Shown piece after piece: positions 21,190 to 31,266 of a stretch of 64,000 nucleotides of DNA. Source of the DNA: a bacterium. Its GTDB lineage: Bacteria > UBA8248 > JACPRG01 > G963555815. Below the pieces are notes generated by a model that worked only from the letters and a program-made list of their open reading frames with translations, was not told the DNA's origin and did no database searches. The position numbers and the translations under genes are program-made. Within the stretch, counting starts at the first letter, position 1, and each line of letters opens with the position of its first letter. The DNA lies in NCBI GenBank assembly GCA_965218795.1, contig OZ244653.1:4448001-4512000 (forward strand). Direction: 5' to 3'.

Positions 21190-22182
21190 ATGAGCGCACC
21201 GACCAGATCCTCGGGTACGACGATTCGTTCCTTCGGGACCGTCCGGCCGATGGCTCAGCGCCTGTTGATCGGCGTCGGCGCCCTGCCGGCCGTCATTATC
21301 ATCCTGGGCGTGATCTTCTGGTATTTTCAGCCGAGGTTCCTGTCCCAGACCAATCTGATCAACGTCGCCCGCCAAGCCTCCTTTCTGGCCATCGTGGCCT
21401 GTGCCCAGATGTTTCCGATTCTTTCCGGCGGATTCGATCTGTCCGTGGGATCCATTTTTGCGCTCGTCAGCGTGATCATGGCCCAGCTGACCAAGGACGT
21501 CGGAATGACCTGGGGGATTACCGTTGCCTTGTTCTCGGCGGGTCTGGTCGGCCTCTTCAACGGGATGGTCATCTCGGCGTTTCGGGTGTCCCCCTTCGTC
21601 GTCACACTGGGGACCCTTTCGGCCGTCCGGGGGGTCGCCCTCATGCTGGCCAACGGACAGCCCGTGTTCGGACTGCCGAAGCACTTTTCGTTCCTCGGCG
21701 CGGGATATGTCGGTCCGATCCCGATCCCGATCATCATTGGCGCAGGCGTTTTCCTGATCGGCTACGTTCTGTTGCGATGGACCCGCTTCGGGCGGTATAT
21801 GTACGCTATTGGCGGAAACGAGGAAGCGGCTCGCATCTCCGGCATCCAGGTCAAGCGGTACACGACGCTGGCTTATGTCGTTTGCAGTCTTCTCGCCGGT
21901 GTCTCGGGTGTCGTTCTGAGCTCGCGTGTCCGATCCGGTCAGCCGACGCTGGGAGACGGGATGGAGCTGGATTCCATCGCGGCGGTGGTCATCGGGGGCG
22001 TGGCGCTCGGGGGAGGATCCGGAACGCTTCCCGGCGTCCTGTTCGGAACCCTCATCCTCAGCGTCATTCAGAACGGCTTGAACCTGATGAACGTTTCGAC
22101 GTTTACGCAGTATGTGGTGATCGGAATGATTATCACCTTGGCGGTCATTTTCGACCGCTTGCGTCACCCGGAGCGGCATTGA
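21190..22182 (+). CDS. Monosaccharide-type ABC transporter permease (RbsC-like)
   Basis: GGFDLSVGS, PFVVTLG, AIGGNEEAARISGI and ELDSIAAVVIGG motifs. Confidence 0.95.
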   Translation: MSAPTRSSGTTIRSFGTVRPMAQRLLIGVGALPAVIIILGVIFWYFQPRFLSQTNLINVARQASFLAIVACAQMFPILSGGFDLSVGSIFALVSVIMAQLTKDVGMTWGITVALFSAGLVGLFNGMVISAFRVSPFVVTLGTLSAVRGVALMLANGQPVFGLPKHFSFLGAGYVGPIPIPIIIGAGVFLIGYVLLRWTRFGRYMYAIGGNEEAARISGIQVKRYTTLAYVVCSLLAGVSGVVLSSRVRSGQPTLGDGMELDSIAAVVIGGVALGGGSGTLPGVLFGTLILSVIQNGLNLMNVSTFTQYVVIGMIITLAVIFDRLRHPERH

Positions 22183-22262
22183 CCGTGACGGGATGTCGGG
22201 AAAGGTCCGAAGGAACACAGCCCTGGAAAGGCAAGTCAACCCCAACTCAGAGGAGGCAGAAC

Positions 22263-23318
22263 ATGCTCAAGCCGAAAGCGAAGAATCTCTCCCGATGGGC
22301 CTGTCTGGCCGTTGCGCTGGGCTTTTTGTTCAGCGCGGCGTGGGTCGTCCCCGTTGCTCGAGCGGCGGATGATGTATGGCGTCCGAAGGGAGGAGCCGAC
22401 TGGGTCCGGCCCAAGGCCAAGAAGAAATATACGATTGGCGTCTTGATCCCGAGCCTGCAGGCTCAATATTGGGTCAATGTCGCCTACGGCGTCTTTGACG
22501 AAGCCAAACAGCTCGGCGTGAACCTCAAGTTCGCGGCGACGGCGAGCTATTCGCAATACGCCCGTCAGGCCAATTACATGGAAGACCTGATCGCCTCCGG
22601 CGTGGACGCCATCATCCTCGCTGCGGCCAGCAGCGACGCCCTGGTGGAGCCGACCAATCAGGCAATATCCAAGGGGATCAAGGTGATTCTCATGGTCCAG
22701 AACATCCGCAGCGACAATTGGACCGCGCGCGTGGTCAGCGATCACTATGAAATTGGCGAGCGGACCGCCAATGCCCTGGCCAAGTTCATGAAGGGAAATG
22801 GCAAGATCATCGCCTTGAACGGCCCCCCCGGTCAGGAATGGTCGATCGCCCGGCGCAAGGGGCTCGGTGACGTGCTGAAGAAAAACCCCTGCATGAAGCT
22901 GGTCGGCGAGCGGTGGATGGGCGTTTCCCGGGATGAGGGCCTCAAGCACACCGAGGACTTCCTCCAGGCCTTCCCCGACGTCGACGCGGTGTGGGCGGCT
23001 GTGGACATCGCGGCCGCGGGCGCCGTCGACGCCATTCAGGCGGCCAACATCAAGCGGAAAATCTGGATCTCCTCGGCCTCGGGGTCGCAGTTCGCGCTGG
23101 AAATGGTGAAAGACGGCCAAATGGACTACGACCTGGGCGAAGCGCCCATCTGGCTGGGCCGGTGGGCCATGGGAACGGCGGTCAAGGCCTTGAACGGTGA
23201 AAAACCCCCGAGGACAACCTTCGTGCCCTTCCCCGAATTCACCCGGGACAACATGAGTCAATGGCCTGACTTGACGAAGTCGGAATGGGCGCCCAAGGGT
23301 TGGAAAGTGCCCAGGTAG
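22263..23318 (+). CDS. Sugar-type ABC substrate-binding protein (RbsB/TorT-like)
   Basis: GAGGAGG RBS, ATG 22263, signal peptide; GVDAIIL and LNGPPG motifs. Confidence 0.9.
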   Translation: MLKPKAKNLSRWACLAVALGFLFSAAWVVPVARAADDVWRPKGGADWVRPKAKKKYTIGVLIPSLQAQYWVNVAYGVFDEAKQLGVNLKFAATASYSQYARQANYMEDLIASGVDAIILAAASSDALVEPTNQAISKGIKVILMVQNIRSDNWTARVVSDHYEIGERTANALAKFMKGNGKIIALNGPPGQEWSIARRKGLGDVLKKNPCMKLVGERWMGVSRDEGLKHTEDFLQAFPDVDAVWAAVDIAAAGAVDAIQAANIKRKIWISSASGSQFALEMVKDGQMDYDLGEAPIWLGRWAMGTAVKALNGEKPPRTTFVPFPEFTRDNMSQWPDLTKSEWAPKGWKVPR

Positions 23319-23543
23319 GCTCAGGATTTCAAGGGGGTGGGAGGCTGGAGGGACAGAACCTCCAAACCTTCGGCTCTGCCGGATTCGTGCATCGATTGGC
23401 GGGAGGGGGCCTCCGGGCTCTCTCCCGTCCAATTCTGGGGATCCGGAGAGCCGCCGATTCGTGTGTGATACGAAAGGGGCCATCCGCCCATTTCACTCGG
23501 AGGTTCGCGGTTCGTCTTTGACCGAGGACCGAAATGATCCCCC

Positions 23544-25073
23544 ATGGAAACGAAACTTCCCCCGCTTCTCCAATTGATAGACATTGTGAAGCGCTTTCCC
23601 GGCGTTCTCGCGTTGTCCGGCGTGAACTTCGAGCTGGAAGCGGGGGAGGTGCATGTCCTGCTGGGGGAGAATGGGGCCGGCAAGAGCACGCTCATCAAGA
23701 TCATCTCCGGCGTCTATACCCAGGACGAAGGCGAAATCTGGTTCAGCGGCGAGCCGGCGAAGATCGGAAATCCCCACCACGCCATGGACTACGGCGTGGC
23801 AACGATTTACCAGGAGTTCAGCCTGGTCCCCGACATGACAGTGGCGGAGAACATCTGTCTGGGGAAAGAGCCGAAACTGGGAAAGGTGTTCGTCAACCAG
23901 CGGGAGATCGTGAAGACAGCAAGGGGCGTTCTCGACAAACTGGGTCTCCCGCTGGACCCGTCCCGAAAGGCGCGGACGCTTCGCGTGGGCGAGCAGCAGA
24001 TGGTGGAGATTGCCAAGGCCCTGTCCATCGAGTCGAAGGTTCTGATTCTGGACGAGCCCACCGCCGCTCTCACGGACAGGGAGATCGAGCACCTCTTCGA
24101 GATCATCCAGGAATTGAAGCGGCACGGAGTCGGCATCATCTACATTTCCCACCGGCTGGAGGAAATCCAGCAGATTGGCGATCGGGTATCCGTCCTGAGA
24201 GATGGGCGGTACGTGGGAACCCGAAGGGTGGCGGAAACCAACACCGACGAGCTCATCGCCATGATCGTCGGAGTGGAAATCAAGGAAAAGTTTCCGAAGG
24301 AGCCGGTTCCCCCGGGTCAGGAGTTGTTGCGGGCCGAAGACCTCGCCTCACCGCCCGCATTTCAGGACGTCTCTTTTTCTCTGTTCGAAGGAGAGGTGCT
24401 GGGGTTTGCCGGGCTGTTGGGGGCCGGCCACAAGGAATTGATCCGAACCATGATCGGGCTCTCGCCCTATGCGGGCGGAACCCTCTTCATATCCGGAGAG
24501 CCGGTGAAGATCCGGCAACCCTCCGACGCCATTCAACGCGGCGTCACCTATCTGCCCGCGGACCGGAAAATCGAGGGCCTTGTCCTTCCCTTGGCCGTCA
24601 AGGACAACATATCGCTCTCCGGTCTCAGGCAGTTCGTGAGGGCCGGATTCCTCAATCTCAGGCAGGAACGGCAAACCGCGGACGGTTTTTTCGACCGCTT
24701 GGGAATCAAGGCCCCGAGTATCCAGACCCTGGTTCGATTTCTGTCCGGCGGAAATCAACAGAAAGTGGTCCTGGCGCGCTCGGTGTGCAGCCGAAGCCGG
24801 ATCTTCCTTTTTGACGAACCGACGCGGGGGATCGACGTCGGGGCCAAGGTCGAGATCTATCAGCTCATCAACGAGCTCGCCAAGCAGGGCGCGGGGGTGA
24901 TCCTGGTCTCCTCGGAACTTCCCGAGATCATCGGAATGTGCGACCGATTGCTCGTCATGCATGAAGGGAAGATCATCCGCGAGTTCTCGCGGGATGAGGC
25001 GACACAGGAGCGAGTCCTTCAATGCATCTTCAGCGAGAGCCCCCAGCCGGCGGATAGCGCCTTAGCCTTTTGA
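23544..25073 (+). CDS. Sugar ABC transporter ATP-binding protein (RbsA-like, two ABC domains)
   Basis: GENGAGKST, LDEPT, LSGGNQQK and DEPTRGIDVGAK motifs. Confidence 0.95.
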   Translation: METKLPPLLQLIDIVKRFPGVLALSGVNFELEAGEVHVLLGENGAGKSTLIKIISGVYTQDEGEIWFSGEPAKIGNPHHAMDYGVATIYQEFSLVPDMTVAENICLGKEPKLGKVFVNQREIVKTARGVLDKLGLPLDPSRKARTLRVGEQQMVEIAKALSIESKVLILDEPTAALTDREIEHLFEIIQELKRHGVGIIYISHRLEEIQQIGDRVSVLRDGRYVGTRRVAETNTDELIAMIVGVEIKEKFPKEPVPPGQELLRAEDLASPPAFQDVSFSLFEGEVLGFAGLLGAGHKELIRTMIGLSPYAGGTLFISGEPVKIRQPSDAIQRGVTYLPADRKIEGLVLPLAVKDNISLSGLRQFVRAGFLNLRQERQTADGFFDRLGIKAPSIQTLVRFLSGGNQQKVVLARSVCSRSRIFLFDEPTRGIDVGAKVEIYQLINELAKQGAGVILVSSELPEIIGMCDRLLVMHEGKIIREFSRDEATQERVLQCIFSESPQPADSALAF

Positions 25074-25244
25074 TGAAGACATTTTGAGCTTGCGGGGGAG
25101 GGGGAGGCGTCAGCGCCGATACGGTCTTCCGGTTTCACCGGGCCTCTCTCATGGACGGTTTCACCGTCCGAATCCCACGATCCCCTGAACTGATCGGCAA
25201 GGTCCTTTTCCGCCTGACCCCGTTCGGCGAAAATTCGCCCCGGG

Positions 25245-27599
25245 TCATTCGGCCGGGTCCGTGCGCCCTTGCAGAACCCCCAGGATTCGCTCCGGTGTGA
25301 AGGGAAGGCTCTTGCACTGAATCCCGATGGCGTCGTAGACGGCGTTCGCGATGGCGGCGGCGGTCGGAGCCAGGCCGGGTTCGCCGACGCCTTTGGCGCC
25401 GAAGGGACCCTCGGGATGGGCTTCCTCGACAATCAGGGGGGTGAGCAGGGGCATATCGAGCGTTGACGGGATCTTGTAGTCAATCAGGTTGGGGTTCGAC
25501 ACGACGCCTTCCCGGACGTCCATCTCTTCAAACAGTGCAATTCCGAGTCCCTGTCCCAGGGCGCCCTCTATCTGCGCCGTGCAGCCATCGGGGTTGATCG
25601 CTTTCCCCACGTCGTGCGCCGCCGTCAGTCGGAGGAGCCGGACCTCGCCCGTGTCCTCGTCCACTTCGACCTCCGCGCCCTGTGCCGCAAACATCCAGAA
25701 TACGGCGGGCTTGGCCCCTTGCCCCGTTTCCAGGTCCAGAAGGGTCCCGTCGGCGGGCCGGAAGCTCCCTCGACCGAGGACGGCCCCCCCCACCAGCCGT
25801 CCGTCCGTCCCGTACACCCCCATGGCCACGTCAGCGAATGAGACGGATCGGTCCGGAACTCCATGCGGGAAGATCCGCCCGTTCTCGGCCACCAGGTCGT
25901 CGGGCGCAGCCTCCAGGGCCGCGGCGGCCGCCTCGAAGAGTTGGTGCTTGGCGTCTTCGGCGGCGCGGCGGACGGCATTCCCGTCAAAGAAGGTGGTCTT
26001 GCTGGCCGAGGTCTCCCAGCCGTAAGGGGTCATCCCGGTATCCGGATGCCCGACAGAAATTCGATTGGGATCGAGCCCGAGGGTCTCACCCGCGATCTGC
26101 CGAAGAATGGTATGGGCGCCCTGTCCATGTTCCACCGCGCTCGTGAGGAGAACGGCGCTGCCGTCTTCATTGATCTTGATGGCCGACTGGACTTGCGCGC
26201 CGGTGACCGTGAATTTCGACATGCACGCGACGCCCCGCCCTCTACGCCCTCCGCCGGTGGGGCATGTGTCGTCCCGATTTTCGAGCGCGTCGGTGGCCCG
26301 GCGGATGCATTCCTTCAGACCCACGCCCTCCAGCCGCTGCCCGGTGGGGGTCACGTCGCCCGTCTCCACCCCATTGCGGAGGCGGAGCTCCACGGGATCC
26401 ATCCCAATCTCCTGTGCGATCCGGTCCAGCTGGCCCTCATAGCCGAAGCACGTCTCCGGCACGCCGAAACCCCGGTAAGCGCCCGCCACGGGCTTGTTCG
26501 TATACACGCAATAGGAATCAATCCGGACATTGGGGATGCGATAAGGACCGGCCCCGGAATAGCCCGCATTCCGGGATACGAGAATCTCATAATCTCCGTA
26601 GGCCCCCGTGTCCCAAAGCATGCGAACCTGCCGGGCCGTGAAGTCTCCGTTTTGCTGGACCCCTGTCTTATAGGTCACGCGGACGGGTTGACGGACAAAT
26701 GTGGAGACGAATTCCTCCTCCCGCGTCATCTCGAGGCGGACGGGGTGATGGCCGCATTTCAGGGCCAGCGCCCCGGCCAGAGCTTCCACGATGCCGCTGA
26801 TCTTCCCGCCGAACGCGCCGCCGACATAGGTGCCGACGATCCGAACGTCGCTCTGCGGAAGCTTCAACCCTTTGGCGACCTGCTCGCGGGTCAGATAAAG
26901 ACCCTGCGTATTGCTCCAGACCGTCAGCTTTCCCTGGGGAGAGAACTGCGCGACGCAGGCATGGGGCTCCATGGGACAGTGCTGCACCATCGGGATGTTA
27001 AAAGTGTCCTCGAAGACCCGGTCCGATTGTCGGAACCCCTCTTCGACGTCTCCGCGCCGGAGCTTGAAGTGGTTGCAGATGTTCGTGCCGGGGATCGGTG
27101 AAAAAAGCTGTTGGTTGTATTCATACCGGCCGAGGTCGGGGTGGAGGAGAGTGGCTCCGGATATCATCGCCTCAGCCGTATCCAGAACCGGGGGGAGCTC
27201 TTCGAACTCGACCCGGATCCGATCCAGGGCCTCCATGGCCGTGTCCTGATCGGCAGCCGCCACGCCCGCCACCGCCTCGCCGGCGTAGCGCACGCAATCC
27301 ACGGCATAGATAGGCTGATCCGCCAGCATCATGCCCCACCGTGAATCGGGATAATCCCGTCCCGTGACAACGGCCTTCACGCCGGGAAGCTTCCTGGCCT
27401 GTTCGACGTCAATATCGAGGATGCGGGCGTGCGGGTGAGGACTCCGCAGTATCTTTGCCTGCAACATCCGGGGAAGGATGACATCGGTGCCATAGGTGGC
27501 CAGCCCGCAGGCCTTGTCGTAGCCGTCGCCCCGCTCGTAGGAAGCTCCAACCCAATTCGAATTCATCGGCCGTCCTCTCTTGCGTGCCGGATGAGTCAT
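25245..27599 (-). CDS. Xanthine dehydrogenase family molybdopterin-binding subunit
   Basis: RSPHPHARI, GGAFGGK, AYRGFG, HDVGKAINP and GAKGVGE motifs. Confidence 0.95.
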   Translation of the reverse strand: MTHPARKRGRPMNSNWVGASYERGDGYDKACGLATYGTDVILPRMLQAKILRSPHPHARILDIDVEQARKLPGVKAVVTGRDYPDSRWGMMLADQPIYAVDCVRYAGEAVAGVAAADQDTAMEALDRIRVEFEELPPVLDTAEAMISGATLLHPDLGRYEYNQQLFSPIPGTNICNHFKLRRGDVEEGFRQSDRVFEDTFNIPMVQHCPMEPHACVAQFSPQGKLTVWSNTQGLYLTREQVAKGLKLPQSDVRIVGTYVGGAFGGKISGIVEALAGALALKCGHHPVRLEMTREEEFVSTFVRQPVRVTYKTGVQQNGDFTARQVRMLWDTGAYGDYEILVSRNAGYSGAGPYRIPNVRIDSYCVYTNKPVAGAYRGFGVPETCFGYEGQLDRIAQEIGMDPVELRLRNGVETGDVTPTGQRLEGVGLKECIRRATDALENRDDTCPTGGGRRGRGVACMSKFTVTGAQVQSAIKINEDGSAVLLTSAVEHGQGAHTILRQIAGETLGLDPNRISVGHPDTGMTPYGWETSASKTTFFDGNAVRRAAEDAKHQLFEAAAAALEAAPDDLVAENGRIFPHGVPDRSVSFADVAMGVYGTDGRLVGGAVLGRGSFRPADGTLLDLETGQGAKPAVFWMFAAQGAEVEVDEDTGEVRLLRLTAAHDVGKAINPDGCTAQIEGALGQGLGIALFEEMDVREGVVSNPNLIDYKIPSTLDMPLLTPLIVEEAHPEGPFGAKGVGEPGLAPTAAAIANAVYDAIGIQCKSLPFTPERILGVLQGRTDPAE

Positions 27600-27680
27600 G
27601 CGCTCCCCTCCCTTGAGAGGAGGCATTCGACCGGGAGCCGTAGAAGGATTCGGATGTCTCCCGAAATCAGAGGAGTCCGG

Positions 27681-28880
27681 TCAATGCGCCCCTCCCCGGT
27701 CTCTCCAAAATCGGCAATAGGCATGGTACAGGAGTTTCCACTTGCTTTTCCGCCAACACTGCAAGGGGTCCAGCCCTTCGTGCATGATGCAGATATTGCA
27801 GGAGGTGCAGTCGACGAGCCCCCGCCGCCCGTTTTGGATTTGATGGACGATGTCGGGCTCGCGGATGTACGTGCGGGCCATCCCGATGAAATCCGCATCG
27901 CCCGAGGCGAGAATCCGCTCCATGGTTTCCGTCTTTCGCAGGCCGCCGACGAGAATCACGGGGACCGTGAGCCGCTTCTTCATGGCCTGGGCAAAGGGGA
28001 GAAAATAGGCCTCCGGCCCTTCAGAGGCGGCCAAGCGGTGAAATATCCAGTCCTGAAACGACCGCCGGGGCCCGACTCCGGCATAGGTTCCGCAGCTATC
28101 GCTGACCTTCTCCATCACCCCGCACGACACTTCGATGCCGTTCAGTCCCATCGATTCCAGCCGGTCCGCCCGGTCGACGCTTTCCTCAGTGGTCAGTCCT
28201 CCCTCGACGGTGTCCGCTACGCCCAGCTTGAGCGTCACCGGGAAATCCGGGCCTGCGGCCTCCCGCACCTTCTCATAAACCGAGAACAAAAACCGGCTTC
28301 GACGCTCCGGGTCACCGCCCCATTCATCTTCACGGCGGTTGGCATGAGGCGAGTTGAACTCGCTGGCGAGATAACCGTTGGCGCTATGAATGTGAATCCC
28401 GTCGAAGCCGGCTTCGACCGCCCGGCGGGCTCCGGCTCCAAAGGCCTCGATGGTCTCCTCGATCTGGTCTGTGGTCATCTGGATGGGAAGGCGGTCCGTC
28501 AGGGCGTTCGGAACCACCGAAGGCGCGAGCGGCGTCACGGAAGGGACGCGGCACTGGCTGCCCGCGTGGGCGAGTTGGGCGAATAGGGCGCCGCCTTCGC
28601 CATGGACCGTCCGGACCAGCTCGGAGAGACCGGGAATGAGCGCGTCATGATGGATCCCGGTCTGCCTGTGGAAGTACTGACCCGATGGGTGGGTATACAG
28701 ATGGCCCGTGATGATCAGACCCACGCCTCCCCGCGCCAAGTCCCGATAGAGGTTCTTCAGGGGCCCGGTCACCTCTCCGCGTTCCGAAGCCATCGTTTCA
28801 GATGTCGCTGAGCGGATGAATCGGTTTTTCAGTGTGATCCGACCCAACCGACCCGGATCAAACAGGGAAGCGCCGGCCAT
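27681..28880 (-). CDS. NADH:flavin oxidoreductase (old yellow enzyme family)
   Basis: KNRFIRSAT, QLAHAG, GFDGIHIHSANGYL and NRREDEWGG motifs; C-terminal CxxCxxC...C. Confidence 0.9.
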   Translation of the reverse strand: MAGASLFDPGRLGRITLKNRFIRSATSETMASERGEVTGPLKNLYRDLARGGVGLIITGHLYTHPSGQYFHRQTGIHHDALIPGLSELVRTVHGEGGALFAQLAHAGSQCRVPSVTPLAPSVVPNALTDRLPIQMTTDQIEETIEAFGAGARRAVEAGFDGIHIHSANGYLASEFNSPHANRREDEWGGDPERRSRFLFSVYEKVREAAGPDFPVTLKLGVADTVEGGLTTEESVDRADRLESMGLNGIEVSCGVMEKVSDSCGTYAGVGPRRSFQDWIFHRLAASEGPEAYFLPFAQAMKKRLTVPVILVGGLRKTETMERILASGDADFIGMARTYIREPDIVHQIQNGRRGLVDCTSCNICIMHEGLDPLQCWRKSKWKLLYHAYCRFWRDRGGAH

Positions 28881-28916
28881 CTTGTTCTCCAAGGCGTAGA
28901 ATTGCAGCCCGCCGGT

Positions 28917-29624
28917 TTACAGGGCGCGAAGAATATTCTCCTTCGCAAACAGGATATGCCGCTCCATGATCTTCCTCGCCTTTGCGGAATCCCCCGCCTC
29001 CAGGGAATCCAGCAGGTCCTGGTGATCTTTCTTGGCGTACGCGACCGGGTCGCGGGGCTGCGCGATTTCCAGATGGATCACCCGCTCCATCCGATCGAGG
29101 ACCTGGACAGTCGATTCGTAGAGCAGTCGGTTCTTTGCCGCTCCGGCGACCAGCTCATGAAACCGCCGGTTTAATCGCGGGAATTCTTCCAGGCGTCCTT
29201 CTTCCTCGAACCTCGAAGAGGATTCGACCACCTCGCGGAGGGCATCCAGCTCCTCTTTTCCGATCCGTTTCGCGGCGAACTCGGCCGTGCCCCGTTCGAT
29301 GACCAGGCGGATCTCGATGGTTTCGAGGACGTTCTGAAGGCTGATGGGCGAGATTTGATATCCGCGGCCGTGTAAGGACTGGACGAACCCGTCCCGTTGA
29401 AGCAGGGTCAGGGCCTCGCGGACGGGCGTTTTGCTCACGCCGAAGCGTTCAGCGAGAAGTCCCTCTAAAATCATCTCCTCCGGTGGCAACTCGGCCGTGA
29501 TGATCTCCTGCTTGAGGACGCGATAGATTTTTTCTTTGAGCGATAGGGTGGATTCGTCTCTCGGGCTTCGGTTGCGGGCCCGCAATTTTCTGCTTCGCGC
29601 CTTCGTTCCCGGTCCGGCATTCAT
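28917..29624 (-). CDS. GntR family (FadR/FCD) transcriptional regulator
   Basis: LAERFGVSKTPVREAL helix-turn-helix; NRRFH...AKN FCD motif. Confidence 0.95.
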   Translation of the reverse strand: MNAGPGTKARSRKLRARNRSPRDESTLSLKEKIYRVLKQEIITAELPPEEMILEGLLAERFGVSKTPVREALTLLQRDGFVQSLHGRGYQISPISLQNVLETIEIRLVIERGTAEFAAKRIGKEELDALREVVESSSRFEEEGRLEEFPRLNRRFHELVAGAAKNRLLYESTVQVLDRMERVIHLEIAQPRDPVAYAKKDHQDLLDSLEAGDSAKARKIMERHILFAKENILRAL

Positions 29625-29840
29625 CGGCAATTCACCTCACGCGGATTGAACCGACTCCGTTCCGCCGCTGTGGAGCGTCGCCTCCAACCCCTTGCATTGG
29701 GTCCCCGAAGGAGGTCCTCATTTGCCGGACCCCGCCGCCTTTGCCCCATGGCGGGAGGGTTACATGCCCTTGCAGGCGTTCGATGATCGCAAGAAACATC
29801 GGCTCCAGGGTGATCATATCACCCGCCGAATCGACAAGAA

Positions 29841-29873
29841 ATATCTTGAGTTGATATGAGAAATATGTATACT
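29841..29873 (+). promoter_or_regulatory. Putative sigma70 promoter overlapped by a palindrome (candidate GntR operator)
   Basis: ATATC-N7-GATAT at 29841-29857; TTGAGT-16-TATACT at 29846-29873; lies between the divergent gntR and Rid genes. Confidence 0.45.
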
Positions 29874-29934
29874 GCGTGGGGTTCCCGGAAAATTGAATCT
29901 TTCACAAAGGACAGCCCCTCCTGGAGGCGCGGCA

Positions 29935-31200
29935 ATGGGCAAAAAACAGGTTACGGCGGACTCCGTTCCGAGCTCTCTGCTTCACGCTCCCCACGCGGTC
30001 CGAAGCGGTCCGTTCGTGTTTGTTTCCGGCTTGTACGCGGCGGATTTTGAAACCGGAATTCCCGTGCGGTCCAACCCTGTCTTCCCCTTCGCGGGCAAGA
30101 CGGACATAGAGCTTCAAACGGAATATATTCTTGCAACCCTCCAGAAAATCCTTCAGGCGGCGGGGACTGACCTGGGGCAGGTGGTCAAGACCGAGGTCTT
30201 TCTGACCGAACCCCAACTCCTTCCCTGGATGGAGGAGGTCTGGCGGGAGTGGTTCCCCAAGGATCCACCGGCCCGCACAATCATCGAGGTGGGGGACGAG
30301 CACATCATTCCCGGGGCCCTTGTCGAGGTCTATGCGATCGCGGTGGTGCCGGATGGGAACGCCCGCAAAGAAGTTGTCAGCCCGCCGGACTTCCCCAAGA
30401 CCTGGGAGCATTGCTCCCCGGCCGTCAAAGCCGGCCCCTTTCTGTTTCACTCCGGGTTGCCGGCCACGGATTCGGAGACCGGAATTCCTGTGGGGAAGGA
30501 TCCTCAATTCCCTTACTACCGCAACAACGCGGAGGATCAGGCCGAGTATATCCTTTCGAACATGGAGAAATGCGCCCAGGCGGCGGGCACGACCCTGCAA
30601 AACGCGATCAAGTCCCAGCACTACCATGTGGACCGCGACGACTTTCACGCCATCGACCGGGTCTGGAAGAAGTATATGAGCGTCCCCCCGCCGCGGAGCT
30701 CCATGGAGATCAAGGGGTTCATGGTGCCGGGCGCGCTCACCACGGCGAACTTGATGACCCTGGTCCCCGATGATCAGCATCAGAAGCGGGAGATTCTGTA
30801 CGACGAACAGTTTCACCCGAGCATGCGAAACGTCCATTTTTCGCCTGCAATGGAGGCCGGGGATTGGCTGTTTCTGGCCGGGCAGGTGGCCAGCGACTTC
30901 AAGGAGCCCGTCTATGGGGTTCATCCTGAAATGCCCCATTACGGGATCGATATCTCGATCCAGACCGAGTACGTCTTGAACAACCTGAAGGAACTGTTGG
31001 AGAACTGCGGCGCGACGCTGGACGATGTGGTACAGGCGCACATTTACCTGTTGGAACCCAGAAGAGACTACCGGGGTTTCGAGCGCGTCTGGCGCCGGTT
31101 CATCCCCGAGCGTCCGCCCGCCACGACGATCATTCCCAGCACCGGGATCATGTTTCACGGTCCGCTGATCGAGATCGATTTCATCGCGAAAAAAGGCTGA
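29935..31200 (+). CDS. Triple-domain Rid family protein (diverged repeats)
   Basis: Three Rid domains with PPART, PPPRS and PPATT motifs. Confidence 0.85.
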   Translation: MGKKQVTADSVPSSLLHAPHAVRSGPFVFVSGLYAADFETGIPVRSNPVFPFAGKTDIELQTEYILATLQKILQAAGTDLGQVVKTEVFLTEPQLLPWMEEVWREWFPKDPPARTIIEVGDEHIIPGALVEVYAIAVVPDGNARKEVVSPPDFPKTWEHCSPAVKAGPFLFHSGLPATDSETGIPVGKDPQFPYYRNNAEDQAEYILSNMEKCAQAAGTTLQNAIKSQHYHVDRDDFHAIDRVWKKYMSVPPPRSSMEIKGFMVPGALTTANLMTLVPDDQHQKREILYDEQFHPSMRNVHFSPAMEAGDWLFLAGQVASDFKEPVYGVHPEMPHYGIDISIQTEYVLNNLKELLENCGATLDDVVQAHIYLLEPRRDYRGFERVWRRFIPERPPATTIIPSTGIMFHGPLIEIDFIAKKG

Positions 31201-31266
31201 GCGGGAAGAAGAGGGCGAATCGTTCGCCCGCCGATAACGGATTGCCCATTTTTCGGGAGGAGGTTC

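Noticed and set aside
19255-22245. 996-aa ORF on the minus strand
   Set aside because: Antisense shadow of the DUF3179-like and permease genes; no motifs; expected in high-GC coding DNA
21138-22262. Apparent 726-aa fusion ORF 21138-23318
   Set aside because: The first 375 codons overlap the permease in another frame; the real gene starts at ATG 22263 with an RBS and signal peptide
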